Positions 9,730-18,488 of a DNA stretch of 36,791 nucleotides are shown here, one piece after another. The stretch is from a virus (lineage: Duplodnaviria > Heunggongvirae > Uroviricota > Caudoviricetes), in IMG/VR virus record IMGVR_UViG_3300046004_001633, positions 1 to 36,791 of that record. The stretch is one strand, 5' to 3'. Position numbers and translations under genes: made by a program. Positions within the stretch are counted from its first letter, which is position 1; every line of letters begins with the position of its first letter. The notes under the pieces are model-generated. The model searched no databases, was not told the origin of the DNA, and worked only from the letters and a program-made list of their open reading frames with translations.

Positions 9730-10992
9730 ATGAAACTAGAAAAACTATTAGCAGAGAATATGCTAAGATTTGGTACCAAGAATTTGATAGCATCTGATAT
9801 TAAGCCGTACCTAATGGAACAGACTCAAGTACCACCGGCAATATATGGAAAAAATGTAACACAAGGAAATGTAGCACAATTACCTACGATAGCCAAAACA
9901 TATGATCCGACTAAAGGTGCAATTAGAATACTTGACGGAAATCCATGGTTAGCTACCCAACGAGCTACTGCACTACAACAATTTTTAGTACAACGATTTC
10001 AAGGTATATTTAAAATTCCATTCGATGCTGCGTCAGCAAGAATTACACAAACCGTTGTAGAAGGTTCTGGCGATACGTATCAATACATGAAAGCTACAAT
10101 TAAAGCTAAATTATCAAAACCGCCAAAGACACAAGATCCTTATAAGTTTGATATATTATATAATTTTTATGATATTAACGGAGTTCCGCACATATTAGTT
10201 ACTAAAGGTGGCAAAGGTAGTCCAATTAAGGGCGCGGCTGAAACAACGATTAATCAAATGAAATCTCAAATGCCAGCTGGCTCGATACTAGTACGACAAG
10301 GTACTGGTGGAGGTAATGCGACAGGTCCAAACGAACTAGAGGCCGTGACAGGTATCATGATGCCAATAACAGCTGGTTTTGCTGCAAAGAAAAAAGGGAG
10401 ATTATATTTTACAGATGCTAAACAATATGAAGCAATGAAGAAATTTATTGCAGCCTATACCGACTTAGCAGATGCCGGCGGGAAAGTAAAAGAAACTGGT
10501 GATTTAAAGGGACGTACCCAATTGCAATCTAATTTCACGTCAGAACGAGGCGGTGGCGGTAATTATATTTTTGGCGATCTAGGCTCAGGCCGTACGGCGG
10601 AAGTTCTTGCTGGAAAAGATGCCGGTACAAATATTACAATTAAACGAATGGAACCTAGTAAATCGGGAGTCCTTCCGGGAGAGATACTTCCGGGTCAAGA
10701 AGAAAAATGGTTTCCAATTGCTGAAATAATTTATCCTGGACTTTTCCCGGATAATTTAATTACCATTAAGCCAGATAAATATGCAGAAATTTTTGATAAG
10801 ATTCAAACGCAAATTACCGATTTACGAAATGAAGGTTATGAACCAATTGAAATGACAGCTGAAATACAAGGATTTGCTAGTAAGGATGCTGCAAATAATA
10901 AATGCCCACAAGGACTTAAACCAGATCATTCATGGGGATTAACAAATCCACAACAAGGACCAATAACGGCAGAAAAGTGGATAACATTATAA
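9730..10992 (+). CDS. Probable virion/internal protein with OmpA-like (peptidoglycan-binding) motifs
   Basis: MKLEKLLAENMLRFGTKNL leader; NPWLATQRATALQQFL and FPDN...IQGFAS motifs; ATATTTAT at 9703-9710. Confidence 0.5.
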   Translation: MKLEKLLAENMLRFGTKNLIASDIKPYLMEQTQVPPAIYGKNVTQGNVAQLPTIAKTYDPTKGAIRILDGNPWLATQRATALQQFLVQRFQGIFKIPFDAASARITQTVVEGSGDTYQYMKATIKAKLSKPPKTQDPYKFDILYNFYDINGVPHILVTKGGKGSPIKGAAETTINQMKSQMPAGSILVRQGTGGGNATGPNELEAVTGIMMPITAGFAAKKKGRLYFTDAKQYEAMKKFIAAYTDLADAGGKVKETGDLKGRTQLQSNFTSERGGGGNYIFGDLGSGRTAEVLAGKDAGTNITIKRMEPSKSGVLPGEILPGQEEKWFPIAEIIYPGLFPDNLITIKPDKYAEIFDKIQTQITDLRNEGYEPIEMTAEIQGFASKDAANNKCPQGLKPDHSWGLTNPQQGPITAEKWITL

Positions 10993-11005
10993 TATATTAA
11001 TAGTT

Positions 11006-11036
11006 AATGGGATAGCTTAATAACTATCCCATTTTT
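11006..11036. terminator. Intrinsic terminator between convergent genes
   Basis: AATGGGATAG-N8-CTATCCCATT perfect 10-bp hairpin followed by a T run, between the ends of the 9730-10992 (+) and 11038-11505 (-) genes. Confidence 0.8.
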
Positions 11037-11037
11037 A

Positions 11038-11505
11038 CTATCTAAAAGTTACTGTATAATAATCCGAAATATATCCATCAGATTGTCTTGCACTATATGA
11101 ATATCCAGATCCGATATATTTAAAATCCGGGTTGACAATATGCGCTCGGTGACCAGGAGAATCCATCCACGCATTTACTACCCCGCGGGCAAACAATTTA
11201 TGGGAGTATCTATTTGAACCACTGCCAGATTTCATGATAATTTCTGCAATATTTAACTTAGAATGTTCGTATATACCTGTTCGTAACATCTTAGCCGAAT
11301 GTGTTTTTGCGATCTGATCAGTTTCGGAATCTACTACTAATGTATCTAAGCCTAATTTTATTCTTTCTACATTAATATAACGAACCATCCAATATTCAAT
11401 AGTTTCAGCAGAAACAAATTCTTTTTTAACTAAACTATCTCCATAGCCTTGACCAAATCCAAAACCACTAACTGCTACTGCTAAAACTACTAGGAACTTT
11501 TTCAT
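11038..11505 (-). CDS. Secreted CAP (SCP-like) domain protein
   Basis: Signal peptide MKKFLVVLAVAVSG; INVER...L, AKTHSAKM, AEII and WMDSPGHRAHIVNPDFKYIG CAP motifs. Confidence 0.88.
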   Translation of the reverse strand: MKKFLVVLAVAVSGFGFGQGYGDSLVKKEFVSAETIEYWMVRYINVERIKLGLDTLVVDSETDQIAKTHSAKMLRTGIYEHSKLNIAEIIMKSGSGSNRYSHKLFARGVVNAWMDSPGHRAHIVNPDFKYIGSGYSYSARQSDGYISDYYTVTFR

Positions 11506-11587
11506 AACTTTAATTTTTAATTGGTTAATTATCTCTTCTCTTTATATATTATATATAAGAATAATAAACCACAAATCCTAGCAAATA

Positions 11588-12163
11588 CTAATCTTTTTTA
11601 ACAAATCCATTTAAAAAGTTTTTTTGCTTTTCAATAGCAGAATCTAACTGGTTGCTGCTAGAAACTCTTCGTTTTTTTGTAACAGGTCTATCGACTCCCT
11701 TAGCGCTAGGTGTAGCAACCAAGTCTGTGCTAAGCTTTTTTCGTGCGGGCTTTGTATCTTTTCCACTATCTTTGGAATCATCTCCGTCGCATAGCTCACT
11801 ATTGCTTCGGCTTTCATCTGCTGTCCGTACGGGGTTTCTAACAACCGGCTTAATTCGTTCTGCGTCTCGCTCCAATTGGATTCGTTTAATGAGGTTTGGT
11901 TCTCCGATGGATCTAGTTTCTTCGGCATATATACAACCGGTGTTATAGTGCGTCTTTTGCCCCTTAATTTCAATACCACACGGGTACTTAGTGCCCTTAA
12001 CCGATTGAACAGTGTACATAATACCCCACCCGACTTTTTTAAATTTTGTAACATATCCACATTGTTTATAACCCATCCAGGAAAAGAAAACCGCTGCTCC
12101 AATTTGGAACTGCGGCTTATCATATTGTTTCTGCAGAGTATCTGTTATTTTTTGTTTTGCCAT
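11588..12163 (-). CDS. Hypothetical protein
   Basis: 191-aa ORF; beta-rich N-terminal half, low-complexity charged C-terminus. Confidence 0.65.
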   Translation of the reverse strand: MAKQKITDTLQKQYDKPQFQIGAAVFFSWMGYKQCGYVTKFKKVGWGIMYTVQSVKGTKYPCGIEIKGQKTHYNTGCIYAEETRSIGEPNLIKRIQLERDAERIKPVVRNPVRTADESRSNSELCDGDDSKDSGKDTKPARKKLSTDLVATPSAKGVDRPVTKKRRVSSSNQLDSAIEKQKNFLNGFVKKD

Positions 12164-12597
12164 TAGTTAAGACATATTGTTGCAGTTTGATCTATAATTT
12201 TAAATACTCGCAAATATCTAGTCACTTTGTCTTTTTTAAACATTTTCTCCATACCGGTATCTCGACGAAGAATATATCCGGATTCCATGAACTTATAAAT
12301 GATATGTTTAGTAGCACGAAGACTATTAGATTCAATCATTATATTATCATCATCAATCATCACATCAACATGTTCTATATCTTCGGCAGTTTCCCGGTCA
12401 TCTGACATCGTACGGTCATTTGAATCGAGGCTTTCGCGAATCATATCAAACACTGAATTTAAATCAATGCCTGCAGATCTAGCAATTGAAGCATCATACG
12501 TTTCAAATAGATATAGAACCTTATCTGTAGTATTTAATTGTTTAAAATAACTATACTCTGCATAGTTAATAAACATCGAGTCAAAGATTGTTTTCAT
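12163..12597 (-). CDS. Hypothetical protein
   Basis: ORF 12163-12621; more likely start MKTIFDSMF at 12597, overlapping the end of the upstream small ORF. Confidence 0.6.
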   Translation of the reverse strand: MKTIFDSMFINYAEYSYFKQLNTTDKVLYLFETYDASIARSAGIDLNSVFDMIRESLDSNDRTMSDDRETAEDIEHVDVMIDDDNIMIESNSLRATKHIIYKFMESGYILRRDTGMEKMFKKDKVTRYLRVFKIIDQTATICLN

Positions 12598-12760
12598 AGG
12601 TATCCAATTTCTTAATTTCAAATAAGTAATTAACCGATTCCGCAGGCAATTGTTTTATTTGCATGATGTAATTAAGTGCCTCGTACAAGCTCGTTGCCAT
12701 TACACGGCCTATGGGTTCACATGATGAATCTACTTTGTAATAATATACATATGTGTTCAT
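12581..12760 (-). CDS. Hypothetical protein (59 aa)
   Basis: Not in the ORF track. MNTYVYYYKVDSSCEPIGRVMATSLYEALNYIMQIKQLPAESVNYLFEIKKLDTYENNL; ATATTTAT at 12775-12782. Confidence 0.6.
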   Translation of the reverse strand: MNTYVYYYKVDSSCEPIGRVMATSLYEALNYIMQIKQLPAESVNYLFEIKKLDTYENNL

Positions 12761-12772
12761 AGGATCTATTTA

Positions 12773-13165
12773 TTATAAATATAATCCTAGTTCATAAGAT
12801 TTAATTACAGTCGATAATGCATCTGAAATAGTTTCCGTTAATTTTGCTACTTCGTGTTTAACTAGCATACAATCACGTCCTTTAACTGATACTGCCTGAA
12901 CTTCTGTCTTATCAGTTTGTTCTGCGTATAGATTGTTCAAAAAGATACCTAATTGCTTTTCATAGTTAATTAGGTCTTTATATGTCATTGCAATTTTGTG
13001 ATTGCATACATGTAATGAACCAATCTCACAATTAATTGGATCTGATTTAAAATTGTCGACAGAAATTTTACTATTAACTACGAAGTCAATGTCTGCCCAT
13101 GTTTGTCCATATCTTGTTACGAATTTGTCGCATATTGCCCATGGTTGGTTGATACTGTTTGTCAT
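12773..13165 (-). CDS. Hypothetical protein
   Basis: 130-aa ORF in a tightly packed operon. Confidence 0.65.
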   Translation of the reverse strand: MTNSINQPWAICDKFVTRYGQTWADIDFVVNSKISVDNFKSDPINCEIGSLHVCNHKIAMTYKDLINYEKQLGIFLNNLYAEQTDKTEVQAVSVKGRDCMLVKHEVAKLTETISDALSTVIKSYELGLYL

Positions 13166-13169
13166 TTTA

Positions 13170-13820
13170 TTATATTTTATAAATTAATACGGTGTATACA
13201 TCATTCGAATAATTGTTACGGACTGTAACATATCGATATTTTTCGATAAGCATATCCATTATGAGGCCTGGGTGGACATAGAAGAATCCATCATGAAGTG
13301 TATTGTTAATTGGTGATAGCAAATTAAGTGCAACCACCGTTGTTGCTGATTCATACATAATATCAATATCAGCAAATAGCTTTTGAAGGTCTGCAATTTC
13401 AGTATCACATCGTCTTTGAGTAAATAATCCGGATGCAACTACCCAATTATGTTTTTCAACCTTTGTGGTTTCAAAGGCGCCGGTGATTGCATCATAGCCA
13501 TATTTTTGTTTAGCTAGGTCACACATTACCGGATTATGATCGATTCCAGTATATGGGGCAACTTCACCAAAGAATTTTTTTATGAAATTTCCTAAGTCAC
13601 ATCTTCCACATCCAATATCTAATATTGAATTATCTGGATTATATCCTACTAGTAAATTTTGAAATAAATATTCTTGTTCTGCTGTTGTATTGTAACCAAC
13701 TGGACTTGGATGGTTCAACATGTAATTTGTATCAGTGGGAAGTAATGAATCCCACTCGTTTGCTTCTAACATTCCTGAAAGTGTCGATGCAATTTTATCT
13801 TGTAATTCTGTTGTATCCAT
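13170..13820 (-). CDS. Class I SAM-dependent methyltransferase
   Basis: Motif I SILDIGCGRCDL, post-I YTGIDH, VVASGLF; substrate unknown. Confidence 0.8.
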   Translation of the reverse strand: MDTTELQDKIASTLSGMLEANEWDSLLPTDTNYMLNHPSPVGYNTTAEQEYLFQNLLVGYNPDNSILDIGCGRCDLGNFIKKFFGEVAPYTGIDHNPVMCDLAKQKYGYDAITGAFETTKVEKHNWVVASGLFTQRRCDTEIADLQKLFADIDIMYESATTVVALNLLSPINNTLHDGFFYVHPGLIMDMLIEKYRYVTVRNNYSNDVYTVLIYKI

Positions 13821-14113
13821 TATCTTTTATGAATTCGATTAGCAATTCGTTCTCTATTTTGATGTTTTCTCTCATCTGATATCATTCGCTTTAATGGATG
13901 CGTACGGTTCATGTTACGTTCGGTACGGGTGGTTAAAAGGGCATTATTCCAAGCATCCATAATGGTATCACAATTATCTAAAAGGAAAATATCATTTAAA
14001 TTTTCTGAGTTCCATTCTACAAAATATTGTCCCAAAGGCGACACTTGTAATATCGCCCCGGGATAATGTTTTTTAACATGTTTTTGTATAGATTCTAATT
14101 TAATCATTACCAA
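13820..14113 (-). CDS. Hypothetical protein
   Basis: 97-aa ORF with overlapping stop/start. Confidence 0.6.
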   Translation of the reverse strand: MVMIKLESIQKHVKKHYPGAILQVSPLGQYFVEWNSENLNDIFLLDNCDTIMDAWNNALLTTRTERNMNRTHPLKRMISDERKHQNRERIANRIHKR

Positions 14114-14406
14114 GAAGCTTTACCTGCTGAGTTTGCATCTAGATGCGGCATTAACTCTGCTGCTATTAATTCCTTATAAGGTACAGTGCAGGTAATCTGA
14201 TCGGTTTCACATAGTTTAGTAGTTAATTCTTTATTAACATATATGTCTAATGATTTAGATGTGCCTACATATACAATAGCACGACGAGATTCTAATAGAA
14301 CATCATATACTAGTTGTTTATTAACAATGTGGCTTGTTGCGATGATACCTACATGATTTTTTCCATGAACGGTAACAATAACGGTGTGACCTGGTTTATA
14401 TCCCAT
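14107..14406 (-). CDS. Hypothetical protein (SH3/KOW-like beta pattern)
   Basis: YKPGHTVIVTVHGKNHVGII...YDVLL pattern. Confidence 0.55.
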   Translation of the reverse strand: MGYKPGHTVIVTVHGKNHVGIIATSHIVNKQLVYDVLLESRRAIVYVGTSKSLDIYVNKELTTKLCETDQITCTVPYKELIAAELMPHLDANSAGKASW

Positions 14407-14615
14407 TATTCTAAGATTTTGACAATTTTGCTAGCCGTTACAGACTTAACTTCGAAATCAAAGGTGAACCCTGTGAAATCACTAATTACCTTAGCTTCTG
14501 CCTCAGTTACTGATAATGCTTCTACTAGATACATTTCAGTCATTTTTTTAATTTTTACACCTTTAGGCGTGTCTACCTCATCCGTTAATTGGATCTTTGC
14601 TACGTAATAACTCAT
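14406..14615 (-). CDS. DUF4494-like protein
   Basis: KKMTEMYLVEALSVTEAEAKV...FEVKSVTASKI matches my recollection of the Bacteroidota/phage DUF4494 family. Confidence 0.75.
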   Translation of the reverse strand: MSYYVAKIQLTDEVDTPKGVKIKKMTEMYLVEALSVTEAEAKVISDFTGFTFDFEVKSVTASKIVKILE

Positions 14616-14683
14616 TTTATTTGTTTTAGTACATTAATAACTTAACTATAATATAAGAAAAAATTAATGTAATTCAAATGTAT

Positions 14684-15487
14684 TTACTTGTTTTTTTCAA
14701 TTTCTTTTTGAAGACGTTTCTGGTTTTTATGAAACTCATATGATTGTCGAATATGTTTTGCTGATAGGTCAAAGTTAGCTTGTAAGTTATCTAACACATC
14801 AGCAATAACGCGTTCTTTTTCATGTGGTGTCTTCGCTTTTTTAATTAGCATATCAATGATACGTTCTAATTGACGAATATACTCTTTTGGTAATCTTTTT
14901 AATATACGAGACTTATCAGCATATATTGTTGACTTAGGTTTTTTAACAGTCTCGCTAATTAATGATTTAGCAATAGTTACAGATTCTTTTAATATGTCAC
15001 CATATTTAATAACCCAAGCAACTTCAAGACCAGGTTCCGGCATAGCAGCTGGTTCCGGCATAGCACCAGGAGCAGCCGCACCGGATGCCGATGAGCCTGC
15101 TTCTACTGCTTCTTTGTCTTTTGCGCCTAATCCTTTAACATCATCTAAGCTTAATTGTAATTCCATTGTATAATCAGTATTTCTACCAAATCCAGTATAT
15201 GGAACTATTTTAATAACTCCGGAGCGAATTAAACTTAATATGATTTCTGGAGATGCGTTAAAATCATCGCCACTTCTAGTAATAAATTCACGTATTCCAA
15301 TATCAGATGGCGAATATATAATTCCCATGTGCCTAGATCCATGTGCATCAAATTTCCCTAGGAATTTTTCTTCTGCAGGAGTAAATGGTGAATCAGCAGC
15401 ATCGCGGGGAGCATTATCAGTTTCAGCAGCCGGAGCTTCCTGAATTATTGATTTCAATACTTGTTCAATTATATATTCTAGTGTCAT
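14684..15487 (-). CDS. Hypothetical probable virion/internal protein
   Basis: 267 aa; VLKSIIQE^A-type N-terminus; short AMPEP tandem repeat (DNA ~15032-15066). Confidence 0.6.
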   Translation of the reverse strand: MTLEYIIEQVLKSIIQEAPAAETDNAPRDAADSPFTPAEEKFLGKFDAHGSRHMGIIYSPSDIGIREFITRSGDDFNASPEIILSLIRSGVIKIVPYTGFGRNTDYTMELQLSLDDVKGLGAKDKEAVEAGSSASGAAAPGAMPEPAAMPEPGLEVAWVIKYGDILKESVTIAKSLISETVKKPKSTIYADKSRILKRLPKEYIRQLERIIDMLIKKAKTPHEKERVIADVLDNLQANFDLSAKHIRQSYEFHKNQKRLQKEIEKNK

Positions 15488-15676
15488 TTATTTTACTGCT
15501 TTCGATTCTGCAAGTTGTGTCGAACGATACTTACTTGCTAATTTTTTTAACTCATTAATTGCTTTTCTAGCTCTTACGCCCGCAGCTTTAACTTGTTTCT
15601 CTTCAAAGCGATCATGGTTCTCTTTAAATGTTAACCAATGTGCTTCCATTGTTTCATAGATTTCTTGTGATGTCAT
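15488..15676 (-). CDS. Histone H1-like DNA-binding protein (Hc1-like)
   Basis: KAAGVRARKAINELKKLASKYR closely resembles the Hc1-family core; ATATTTAT at 15698-15705. Confidence 0.75.
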   Translation of the reverse strand: MTSQEIYETMEAHWLTFKENHDRFEEKQVKAAGVRARKAINELKKLASKYRSTQLAESKAVK

Positions 15677-15706
15677 ATTAACCTTTTTTATTTATATATA
15701 AATATG

Positions 15707-15904
15707 TTACTTCACAAAACGTTCCATAAATACGTGAATGTTTTGATCTTTAACCTTTAATGTAGTATAATCGATTAATTCTATAATAATCGAATTATTC
15801 TCTTCGTAGATGCGTTGAATATGTTGCTTATTAATAAATTGTAGAGAGTGTAGTCCAGAATCTAATATCACATTAACTGCTATAAATTCTGAAATTGACA
15901 TCAA
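15707..15904 (-). CDS. Hypothetical protein
   Basis: 65-aa ORF with ATGA overlap. Confidence 0.55.
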   Translation of the reverse strand: MMSISEFIAVNVILDSGLHSLQFINKQHIQRIYEENNSIIIELIDYTTLKVKDQNIHVFMERFVK

Positions 15905-16437
15905 TCAAGCCCAGATCTATTAGTTTGCCGAGCTATCCAATCTCCCTTAGTACTAGCGTCATTTGGATTCCATGGTTTGTCTGTGCCACCAGCTGAATTA
16001 AATTGATGGATTGCCATTAGTAATTGAGTTGATTGTTTTATTGTAAGATCATTTACTCTAGTTCTACCAACTTTCTTTAAAAATGCATTTATTAATCGGC
16101 TTACATTAGGAGATTGCGTCATAAAGTTATTAATTGCTCGAAGATTAGTTCGACCACCTTGATCATATTTTGCTAGCTCGTAATTAGATAGATCTAAAAC
16201 ATCTTGCACATCAGCTGGAATATTATCCCATTCGGAAGTAGCATACTGTTCTTCGCGGTCCGGACCTTCGTCATCATCAGACGACAACATTAAAAAAGCT
16301 TTTTCTTCAGCAGTCATTGCATTCCATATTTCGTCAACTGAGTATTGGTATCCTTCTGTTAAGATGCGTTTAGCACGGGTTAATTCTTCCTTAAGGATTT
16401 GTGCGTGTCGTGAGTTTTTAATATTAAATACGTTCAT
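15901..16437 (-). CDS. Hypothetical probable virion/internal protein
   Basis: 178 aa with ILKEE / ILTEG protease-site-like motifs. Confidence 0.6.
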   Translation of the reverse strand: MNVFNIKNSRHAQILKEELTRAKRILTEGYQYSVDEIWNAMTAEEKAFLMLSSDDDEGPDREEQYATSEWDNIPADVQDVLDLSNYELAKYDQGGRTNLRAINNFMTQSPNVSRLINAFLKKVGRTRVNDLTIKQSTQLLMAIHQFNSAGGTDKPWNPNDASTKGDWIARQTNRSGLD

Positions 16438-16462
16438 GTTTATTTGGGTTCTAAATTATATT

Positions 16463-17821
16463 TTATTTGTATGCTAAGAAAAACGCCTCAGCTGCGGATT
16501 GTCTTTTTGGATTAATAGTTGCTGGTCTTTCAAAATATTTTGCAAATGCATATGCAGCATCACCCGGTGTATTTTGTTGTTTTAACTTGTTTAATGCATT
16601 TTTTTCAGTATTAGTTAATTCCCACCAAAGATATTTTAACTGGCCATCGACTGACGCAGAATCAACCCCATTGTCTTCTGACCATTGTTCTAATTTATCT
16701 CGTCGAGAATCTCTCCACTGTGCTAATCCAATTGCCTTACCAGAATCTCCAACAGCTGCTGGATTAAATCCTGATTCAGCTTGTATATTACCTGCGATGC
16801 CTGCTGCTTGCTCCGGAGAAAGTCCTTTGCCAGTAAAGAAGTCAATTACCGTGTTAGCATCAGAGATATTCTTAGATGATACATTACTAGGTTTTATAGC
16901 TGCAGCAGTTCCAGCGCCGTATAATGATTTTAGTGATAAAGAATCTTTATTTGTAATCTTACCAATCATTTTCGATAATACACCGCTAGCACCAACTGGT
17001 TTATTCATTAAGTTATTCAATTCAGATTTAGTTAATTCACCGGTTGGCTCTTTCCCTATAGATTTTTGGAACGCAATTACACCTGCTTCGGTGTGAGGTC
17101 CAAATTTGCCATCAACTCCATCAACTCCAACATCAAACCCTAATTCTATTAATTTAGTTTGAATTTTTTTAACAGAATTACCAATACTGCCTTTTTGTAA
17201 CGTAGTAGTATCAGTTAATTTTTCTTCTTTATCGGTAATTGGCATCTCTGATAAGATTGCAGCCTTCCATTCGGCAGCTATTTTCTTATGTGCGTCTGCA
17301 TCTAAATGTACATGATCTTTTGTAAAATCTAATTTATCAAAATTTTGTGTATCAATTACAGCATCTGCTTTAGATTGTGATGCTAACCAATTGGCAATTT
17401 TATCGTTAGCAGGATATCCGTCTTTTCGATAATATTTATCGTCTGTTTCTATGAATTGTTTTGATGGATTTGTGACAACTACTAATTTTGCGCCGGCTTG
17501 TCGAACCAGATTAAACATGGCCTCAAAATTCTTAATAGCATTATTCGGCGTTTTAGATGCTCCATCATTACCGCCAGCCATTATTGACACAATATCATAC
17601 TTATCAGTTAGATTGTCTTCTAACATGTTTAATACTTCAGTTGTAGAAGCACCATTTTTAGCAACAATTTTACCATCAATTAATTTATTGCGTAATAATA
17701 CCTTAGCATAGCTCCAATTTGCTGCAGTTTGTGAATCTCCTACGAATAAAACACGAAGTTTCTTGGTAGAATCTGATTCTTTAGTAGCATCTTCGAATAA
17801 TAATGTTTTTAATCGAATCAT
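16463..17821 (-). CDS. SGNH/GDSL hydrolase + peptidoglycan-binding domain + phage tail-type lysozyme fusion
   Basis: FVGDSQT, AGGNDG, DHVH (SGNH blocks); LQKGSIG...VKKIQTKL...DGKFGPHTEAGVIAFQ (PG_binding_1); LSPEQAAGIAGNIQAESGFNP...GLAQW (Phage_lysozyme2). Confidence 0.88.
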   Translation of the reverse strand: MIRLKTLLFEDATKESDSTKKLRVLFVGDSQTAANWSYAKVLLRNKLIDGKIVAKNGASTTEVLNMLEDNLTDKYDIVSIMAGGNDGASKTPNNAIKNFEAMFNLVRQAGAKLVVVTNPSKQFIETDDKYYRKDGYPANDKIANWLASQSKADAVIDTQNFDKLDFTKDHVHLDADAHKKIAAEWKAAILSEMPITDKEEKLTDTTTLQKGSIGNSVKKIQTKLIELGFDVGVDGVDGKFGPHTEAGVIAFQKSIGKEPTGELTKSELNNLMNKPVGASGVLSKMIGKITNKDSLSLKSLYGAGTAAAIKPSNVSSKNISDANTVIDFFTGKGLSPEQAAGIAGNIQAESGFNPAAVGDSGKAIGLAQWRDSRRDKLEQWSEDNGVDSASVDGQLKYLWWELTNTEKNALNKLKQQNTPGDAAYAFAKYFERPATINPKRQSAAEAFFLAYK

Positions 17822-17964
17822 TTTCCTTGGCCTACGTTAATTTTTGTGTAATTCTTTGCGTTTTTACTAACACTTGATTTAGTTTTTGCATGAACCCCGG
17901 GTCTTTTAACTTTTGGCTTAGATACATGTCCACTTGAACTATTTGCTTTAACTTTTGCTGCCAT
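17818..17964 (-). CDS. Small basic protein (48 aa)
   Basis: Not in the ORF track. MAAKVKANSSSGHVSKPKVKRPGVHAKTKSSVSKNAKNYTKINVGQGK; ATGA overlap with the next gene; ATATTTAT at 18020-18027. Confidence 0.7.
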   Translation of the reverse strand: MAAKVKANSSSGHVSKPKVKRPGVHAKTKSSVSKNAKNYTKINVGQGK

Positions 17965-18047
17965 AATTTAAATCTCAAAAATATGTTTGTTCAAAATATA
18001 ATACTTTGAAGTTATATTAATAAATATATACCGTACTAAAATCCAGT

Positions 18048-18080
18048 AAAAAAACCCGGGCTGCGAAAACCCGAGTCTTA
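18048..18080 (-). terminator. Probable intrinsic terminator
   Basis: GACTCGGG...CCCGGGTT hairpin followed by a T run on the minus strand, downstream of 18110-18484. Confidence 0.55.
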
Positions 18081-18109
18081 ACTATACCGTCTAAGGTAGC
18101 AGACGCTCT

Positions 18110-18484
18110 TTACTGTAAGTTTTCTAATTTATACACGGTAGTGTAGATTAAATCTTTTACAGCATCTAACTGATTGATAATATTTGTATCTTCTTTTGGA
18201 ATTTTATCATATGCTCGCTCAATAAATGTAGCTAATCCTTTAAAGTATTTACTAACAGTTTTCGATTCAAAGTTATCGAATTTTTCTGCTGGAGTATATC
18301 CGCTAACAATTCCATGCTTTCCTTGATATGATTCAACCAATGCATCAATTAGGCCCGGAATTGCATCATAGTAAGCATTAAGTGCTAGATGCATAGCAAA
18401 TGACCCGGGGCCTTTTGTCTGCCAATGGAAAATGTGAGCTTGATCACGAGATGCCATTAATGTTGATATTATTTTTTCAAACAT
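18110..18484 (-). CDS. Ferritin/Dps-like four-helix protein (DUF5856-like)
   Basis: AHIFHWQT..GSFAMHLALNAYYD...IDALVESYQG motif known from T4-like phages. Confidence 0.75.
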   Translation of the reverse strand: MFEKIISTLMASRDQAHIFHWQTKGPGSFAMHLALNAYYDAIPGLIDALVESYQGKHGIVSGYTPAEKFDNFESKTVSKYFKGLATFIERAYDKIPKEDTNIINQLDAVKDLIYTTVYKLENLQ

Positions 18485-18488
18485 AATA

